From Chthonomonadales bacterium (GTDB lineage: Bacteria > Armatimonadota > Chthonomonadetes > Chthonomonadales > Chthonomonadaceae), in NCBI GenBank assembly GCA_038217285.1, contig JBBQPO010000200.1:1-11686 (forward strand): a stretch of 11,686 bases of DNA. The letters run 5' to 3'. Positions 7,155 to 11,686 of the stretch are shown piece after piece. Both the position numbers and the translations under genes were made by a program. The notes beneath the pieces were generated by a model. That model was given only the letters and a program-made list of their open reading frames with translations. It was not told the DNA's origin and made no database searches. Each line of letters starts with the position of its first letter. Within the stretch, counting starts at the first letter, position 1.

Positions 7155-7270
7155 TCTCGTCACCCGGCGATAGGAATTTCCTGCTTGCAGGCTTGATGCC
7201 AGGCAGGCAGAATTCTCCGATGCCACACAGAATCGTTCCAGCAATGCAACACTCGTCGCCAGGAGGTCAC

Positions 7271-7732
7271 ATGAACCGCTATTCTGTCGCTCTCATATTC
7301 GTACTGGCTGTTTGCGCCATGCCCTCCGCCACATTCGCCCAGGCCCCGACGCCTGGGAAAGAAACGGCTCTTTTTGACTTTGAGGGAGGTAGCTACCATG
7401 GCTGGACCTTGACTGGCGACTGCTGGGACAAACAACCCGCTGCTGCCAATACATTTGTGGACAGGCAGGGAAAGCCACTCGTCACAGGCATCGTCGGCAC
7501 AAGCTATCTCACTACACTGAACCCCAGGACAGGTGCGGCAGCACAGGGCAAAGCCGTCTCAACAGAATTCACGATCAACAAGCCTTTCCTTACATTTAAG
7601 ATTGGCGGAGGTTCCTACCCGAAAGAAGCGTGTCTCAACCTCATCGTCAATGGAAAAATCGTCCGCACCGAAACCGGCAACGGCAGCGCAGAACTGCTCC
7701 CCACTCCCAGTAAGGAGAGGAAATTTCAATGA
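7271..7732 (+). CDS. Secreted hypothetical protein, probably C-terminally truncated (possible pseudogene), 153 aa
   Basis: RBS AGGAGG at 7261-7266 and a signal peptide (MNRYSVALIFVLAVCAMPSATFA). The pattern FDFEGGSYHGWTLTGD...STEFTINKPFLTFKIGGG...CLNLIVNGKIVRTETG resembles a beta-sandwich module seen in GH32-associated and other secreted proteins, but the resemblance stops after SAELL. Confidence 0.65.
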   Translation: MNRYSVALIFVLAVCAMPSATFAQAPTPGKETALFDFEGGSYHGWTLTGDCWDKQPAAANTFVDRQGKPLVTGIVGTSYLTTLNPRTGAAAQGKAVSTEFTINKPFLTFKIGGGSYPKEACLNLIVNGKIVRTETGNGSAELLPTPSKERKFQ

Positions 7733-9159
7733 CGAATGTGATACTGGTCAGCCTGGATACGACTCGGGCTGACCACCTCTCCTGCTACAGCCATTTTCGC
7801 TGCACGAGCCCCCATATCGACCGCGTGGCGGCGGAGGGCGTGGTTTTTACAGACCATTTCAGCCCGCATGTTCCCACCTATCCCGGCCACACCACGCTCA
7901 TGACGGGCAAAGACATCTATGCCCATCAGATCACCTGTCAGTCGGGGTCGCCGGAGCCGGCGCCCGGCGTGAAGATGCTGGCGGAGCTATTGCAGGAACA
8001 GGGCTACTACACCGCTGCCGCCGACAATCTGGGCCGCTGGTTCGCGCGGGGCTTCGAACAGATCGAGACCTACAGTTGGGACTACAGCCAGAAGCACAGC
8101 CTCCGTAAGGGCGAGGCCGTTCTCGAAGCCTCCCTGAAAGCGCTGAACACGGCTGCCGCCCAGGATAAACCGTTCTTTCTGTTTCTGCACTTCTGGGATC
8201 CGCACACGCCCTACCTGCCGCCCCCACCCTTCGACCGCATGTTCTATAGGGGCAACGAGCACGACCTCGCCAATACCAGCATGGATGCGCTCTGGGAGTT
8301 CGAGCCATTCCGGCGCTACTTCGCGGAGTGGATGCCAGGCGTCACGGACATCGAGTTCCCGAAAGCCCAGTACGACGCCGAAATCGCGTATATGGACGCC
8401 TGTTTCGCGCACCTCCTGACCCGACTGGATGAGTTGAGCCTGAGCGCAGATACGCTGCTCATTCTGACGGCGGACCACGGCGAAGAGCTGGACGAGCACG
8501 GTCACTGGTTCGACCACCACGGTCTCTACGATACCAATATCCACATCCCGCTCATCCTGCGCTGCCCGTCGCTGCTGCCTGCGGGTAAGCGCATCGGCGG
8601 CCTCACCCGGATGTTCGATGTGGCTCCCACGATTCTGGACATCCTCGGCCTGGGGCAGATCGCGACGCGGGAAGGCATGCTTGGCGTCAGTCTGGTCCCC
8701 CTGATCGAATCGCCTTCCGCCACCGCTCGTGGCACGACCGATGCTCTCCACATCACCGAAAACACCTGGATGAAGAAGCGCGGAATCCGCACCCACACGT
8801 GGAAACTGATCGTGCCGCTCGAAATACCCGACATGCACGGCAGCTCGGATACGGAGCTCTACCATCTGCCCTCCGACCCTGGCGAACTGCTCAATGTCGC
8901 CTCCGAACATCCAGAAGTCGTTGCCCGGCTGACGCGACAGATGGAAGATAAGGTCGCCGAGCGTCTGGCCGCGACCGGTCTGCCCGATCCCCTGCCCCTC
9001 CAGCCCATTCCGCTGCGCCATATCGGCAGCATGGAAGTCGCCGTTCCCCGCGACAAGCGCCTGATGGGCGAGGAAGCCCCGCCCCAGACCGAAAGCGAAA
9101 ACCTGGAGTCCGGCGACTTCGTCGGCTACGACCGCGACGCCGATACCAACACAGCGTGA
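7729..9159 (+). CDS. Sulfatase-like hydrolase of the alkaline phosphatase superfamily (Thr at the nucleophile position), 476 aa
   Basis: NVILVSLDTTRADHLSCY, TSPHIDRVAAEGVVF, PTYPGHTTLMTG, PFFLFLHFWDPHTPY, TADHGEEL, HHGLYD..IHIPLI, ELYHLPSDPGELLNV. RBS AAGGAGAGG at 7712-7720. Confidence 0.9.
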   Translation: MTNVILVSLDTTRADHLSCYSHFRCTSPHIDRVAAEGVVFTDHFSPHVPTYPGHTTLMTGKDIYAHQITCQSGSPEPAPGVKMLAELLQEQGYYTAAADNLGRWFARGFEQIETYSWDYSQKHSLRKGEAVLEASLKALNTAAAQDKPFFLFLHFWDPHTPYLPPPPFDRMFYRGNEHDLANTSMDALWEFEPFRRYFAEWMPGVTDIEFPKAQYDAEIAYMDACFAHLLTRLDELSLSADTLLILTADHGEELDEHGHWFDHHGLYDTNIHIPLILRCPSLLPAGKRIGGLTRMFDVAPTILDILGLGQIATREGMLGVSLVPLIESPSATARGTTDALHITENTWMKKRGIRTHTWKLIVPLEIPDMHGSSDTELYHLPSDPGELLNVASEHPEVVARLTRQMEDKVAERLAATGLPDPLPLQPIPLRHIGSMEVAVPRDKRLMGEEAPPQTESENLESGDFVGYDRDADTNTA

Positions 9160-9167
9160 CAACCTTA

Positions 9168-9245
9168 CGTTACAATGCGTATAGAATGTAACGAACCCCG
9201 AGGCGCGGAAGAGTGTGCGTAACTTCTGCGCCTTCGTAACGTCAA
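9168..9245 (+). promoter_or_regulatory. Structured intergenic region: inverted repeat, 11-bp hairpin and ECF-sigma-like promoter
   Basis: CGTTACA-N12-TGTAACG (9168-9193), stem AGGCGCGGAAG/CTTCTGCGCCT (9201-9233, one G-T pair), and GTAAC-N16-CGTC (9219-9243). Confidence 0.4.
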
Positions 9246-9329
9246 TTCTGATTGCCCACATTATTCCTTTCCGGGGATCGAGGTAGATGTCTCCATACCT
9301 CCTCGGGTTACGAAAGCGAGCCACAGCAA

Positions 9330-11686
9330 ATGAACTCCTTTAGCGTGAAGACGCGACATCGCGCCGTCGCTTCCCTTTTGGTCGGCTTCCTGGGCGTGTG
9401 CGGCGGCCTGCCTGCCAGTTATGCTGCGCAGACACCGAAGGCCGCCCCCCCGACCGTGACCGCGCCGCCGAAACCCACGCAGGATCTGCTCGCGCCGCCG
9501 ACCGACAAGATCGCGCACGGCGTTACCTGGCCCTCTCCTTCCCCGGACGGCAAGATGATCTGCTTCACCTATCTTGGCAACCTCTGGACCGTTCCGGCCG
9601 CAGGTGGCGTCGCAACGCGCCTGACCATCCACGAATCCATCGACTATTCGGCGCGCTGGTCGCCGGATGGGAAATGGATCGCCTTTTCCAGCTTTCGCAA
9701 CGGGCACGCCGACATCTTCCTCATTCCCTCCACCGGAGGCGAAGTGCGGCAGGTGACGGCCTATGCGGGCCTCAACCTGGTGACGGACTGGACCGATGAT
9801 GGCTCGAAACTGCTCTTCTACGGGCAGCGGGATACCCGCACGCTCAGCCTCTTCAGTATCGAACTGCACACGCGCGCCCTCAAACAACTCGCCACCGACA
9901 ACGAAGCCCTGCGCTACCCCACCATTTCGCCCGACCATAAGACCCTCGCCTATGTGCGCGGCGGCTTTCCCTGGTCTCGGCCCTGGTATCGCGGAAGCGC
10001 GGCGGCAAGCATCGTGCTCGAAGATCTCGCTACCAAGACCACGCGTCCCGCGCTCAAGTCCGATGCGCAGCAGTTCTGGCCTCTCTTCAGTCCGGACAGC
10101 CGCTCGGTTTTCGTCACCACCCTGCATGGCGATAACAAGACGCCCAACCTGTGGCGCGTTCCCGTCAACGGAGGCGAACCGAAAGCAGTCACACGCTATA
10201 CCACCGATGCCGTGCGCTTCCCGGCCATAGCCCGCAACGGCTCCCTGATCGCCTATCTCTACAACGGCGACATCTACACGGTGCATCTCGACGGTGCCGA
10301 CGCGCACAAAGTCAACACCATCATCCGCACGGACGATAAGGTCAACAACACCGAACACCAGACGCTGACCACGGGAGACGGCGGTGAGATCTCGCCGGAT
10401 ATGAAACAGTTCGCCCTGCTCATCAAGGGAGCGCTCTGGCTGATTCCTTCCACCGGGGGAACCGCCACGCAACTGACTCCGGCCGACGGACATTACGAAG
10501 ATTTCGCCTGGTCGCCCGATGGCACGAAGATCGTCACCATCTCGGATCGTGGCAATCAGACCGATGTCTATGTGATCGATATCAAGACGAAAGCCCTGAC
10601 CCGCATCACCAACGACGCCGACACGGAGAGCGATACGCACTATGCGCCGGATGGCAAGAGCGTCTCCTTCGTGAAGGCGGGCGCACAGTCCGGCCTCTAT
10701 GTCGCCCCGGCGGACGGCAGCGCGCCCGCCCGCCGGGTCGCCATCGGCAACGGCATCAACAACGAAACCTATGGCCTCGGCATCACCTCTCACGCCTGGT
10801 CACCCGACAGCCGCTGGCTCACCTTTGTACGCACCGACCGCTATGAAGATCACGATCTCTGGGTCGTCCCGACCGTAGGCGGCGAGGCCGTCAACGTAAC
10901 CCGCTATCCCGGTTACTACAGCGAACCTACCTTTACGCCCGACGGCAAGAAGCTGCTCTTTATCACCGACCGCAATGTTCTCCCCGGCCTGTTCAAAGTC
11001 AACCTGGAGAACCCCGAGGCCGCCGCGCCCGACGCCAAACCGGCGCCCGGCGACCGCAGCAAGGATGTCAAGATCGATTTCGAGGACATCCATCTGCGAG
11101 CCCAGCCCGTCACGCCCGCTGGCGGGATCGTGAGCAGCTACGGCATCTCCCCGGACAGCGGCCTGGTCGCGGTTCACTTTAACGGCAACTACATTCTCGC
11201 CGCCCTCAATTCCGGCATGAACGTGCCTCTGACGACCGCAGGAGAGGCGGGCGGACAGCCCATCTTTACGCCGGACAACCAGCGCATCTTTTACTTCGGC
11301 GCAGGGGGGGTGCCGCACACCCTGGGCCTGAATGCTCCGCCCTATATCGGCGTGCCGCTCCTCTATTCGGACGGTGCGGGCGCGAACAAGATCCTGCATA
11401 TTCCACCGCAGCCGTCGCAGGCCATCGGGTTCAGCGCAGACTATCTCTTCGACCGGCGCGCGCTCTACTCGGAGGCGTTCGAGGAGTTCTACCGCCGCTT
11501 CGGGCAGCAGTTCTACGACCCGAAACTGCACGGCGTCGACTGGCGAGGAATCCGGGCGAAGTACGCCTCTCAGATCGACTCCGTCGCGACGCCGCAGGAG
11601 TTCGGCGATCTGCTCTCCAAGATGGTCGGGGAGGTCAACTCCTCGCACTCGGAGATCTCGCCTGCGGTCAAAGATTTCGGTCCCAC
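9330..11686 (+). CDS. Tricorn-like S41 protease with PD40/TolB-like beta-propellers, secreted, truncated by the window end
   Basis: Manual translation from ATG 9330 gives MNSFSVKTRHRAVASLLVGFLGVCGGLPASYA (signal-like), then PSPSPDGKMICFTYLGNLWTVPAAGGVATRLT, WSPDGKWIAFSS and further (W/F)SPD repeats. The same frame at the end reads FYDPKLHGVDW...MVGEVNSSH, the tricorn C1 domain with the presumed catalytic His at 11646-11648. The PDZ and catalytic Ser domains would lie beyond the window. Confidence 0.92.
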   Translation, partial: MNSFSVKTRHRAVASLLVGFLGVCGGLPASYAAQTPKAAPPTVTAPPKPTQDLLAPPTDKIAHGVTWPSPSPDGKMICFTYLGNLWTVPAAGGVATRLTIHESIDYSARWSPDGKWIAFSSFRNGHADIFLIPSTGGEVRQVTAYAGLNLVTDWTDDGSKLLFYGQRDTRTLSLFSIELHTRALKQLATDNEALRYPTISPDHKTLAYVRGGFPWSRPWYRGSAAASIVLEDLATKTTRPALKSDAQQFWPLFSPDSRSVFVTTLHGDNKTPNLWRVPVNGGEPKAVTRYTTDAVRFPAIARNGSLIAYLYNGDIYTVHLDGADAHKVNTIIRTDDKVNNTEHQTLTTGDGGEISPDMKQFALLIKGALWLIPSTGGTATQLTPADGHYEDFAWSPDGTKIVTISDRGNQTDVYVIDIKTKALTRITNDADTESDTHYAPDGKSVSFVKAGAQSGLYVAPADGSAPARRVAIGNGINNETYGLGITSHAWSPDSRWLTFVRTDRYEDHDLWVVPTVGGEAVNVTRYPGYYSEPTFTPDGKKLLFITDRNVLPGLFKVNLENPEAAAPDAKPAPGDRSKDVKIDFEDIHLRAQPVTPAGGIVSSYGISPDSGLVAVHFNGNYILAALNSGMNVPLTTAGEAGGQPIFTPDNQRIFYFGAGGVPHTLGLNAPPYIGVPLLYSDGAGANKILHIPPQPSQAIGFSADYLFDRRALYSEAFEEFYRRFGQQFYDPKLHGVDWRGIRAKYASQIDSVATPQEFGDLLSKMVGEVNSSHSEISPAVKDFGP

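Noticed and set aside
6493..7270. Longer track starts at 6493 and 7193
   Set aside because: Downstream ATGs at 6535 and 7271 have proper RBSs. The extensions cover promoter or hairpin sequence, and the 7193 start would bury the signal peptide.
7987..9324. 445-aa minus-strand ORF
   Set aside because: Antisense shadow of the sulfatase-like gene.
9287..9343. 18-codon uORF (MSPYLLGLRKRATANELL) overlapping the tricorn-like start
   Set aside because: The GAGGT element is only 2 nt from the ATG and there is no leader-peptide signature, so it cannot be told apart from chance.

Overview
GC-rich bacterial chromosomal window with nine complete CDSs and one 3'-truncated CDS. From left to right: an SDR oxidoreductase (+), convergent with a minus-strand three-gene operon (small acidic hypothetical protein, then a VanX/M15-type D,D-peptidase with an extra C-terminal domain, then a RecQ helicase with RQC and HRDC domains). 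Divergent from that operon is a secreted M28 (carboxypeptidase Q-like) peptidase. A lower-GC segment follows, holding a translationally coupled pair (small DUF5678-like protein plus a single-domain retropepsin-like aspartic protease) and an apparently truncated secreted protein. That protein runs into a sulfatase-like alkaline phosphatase superfamily gene with a Thr at the nucleophile position. Last is a secreted tricorn-like S41 protease gene that runs off the window end and is missing from the ORF track. Several intergenic regions match the sigma-H promoter consensus, one of them perfectly. I found no rRNA, tRNA, CRISPR array or transposase. All family assignments come from motif recognition by eye, not from database searches. 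The best leads are the retropepsin two-gene module, the M15 peptidase fusion, and the recurring sigma-H-like promoters.
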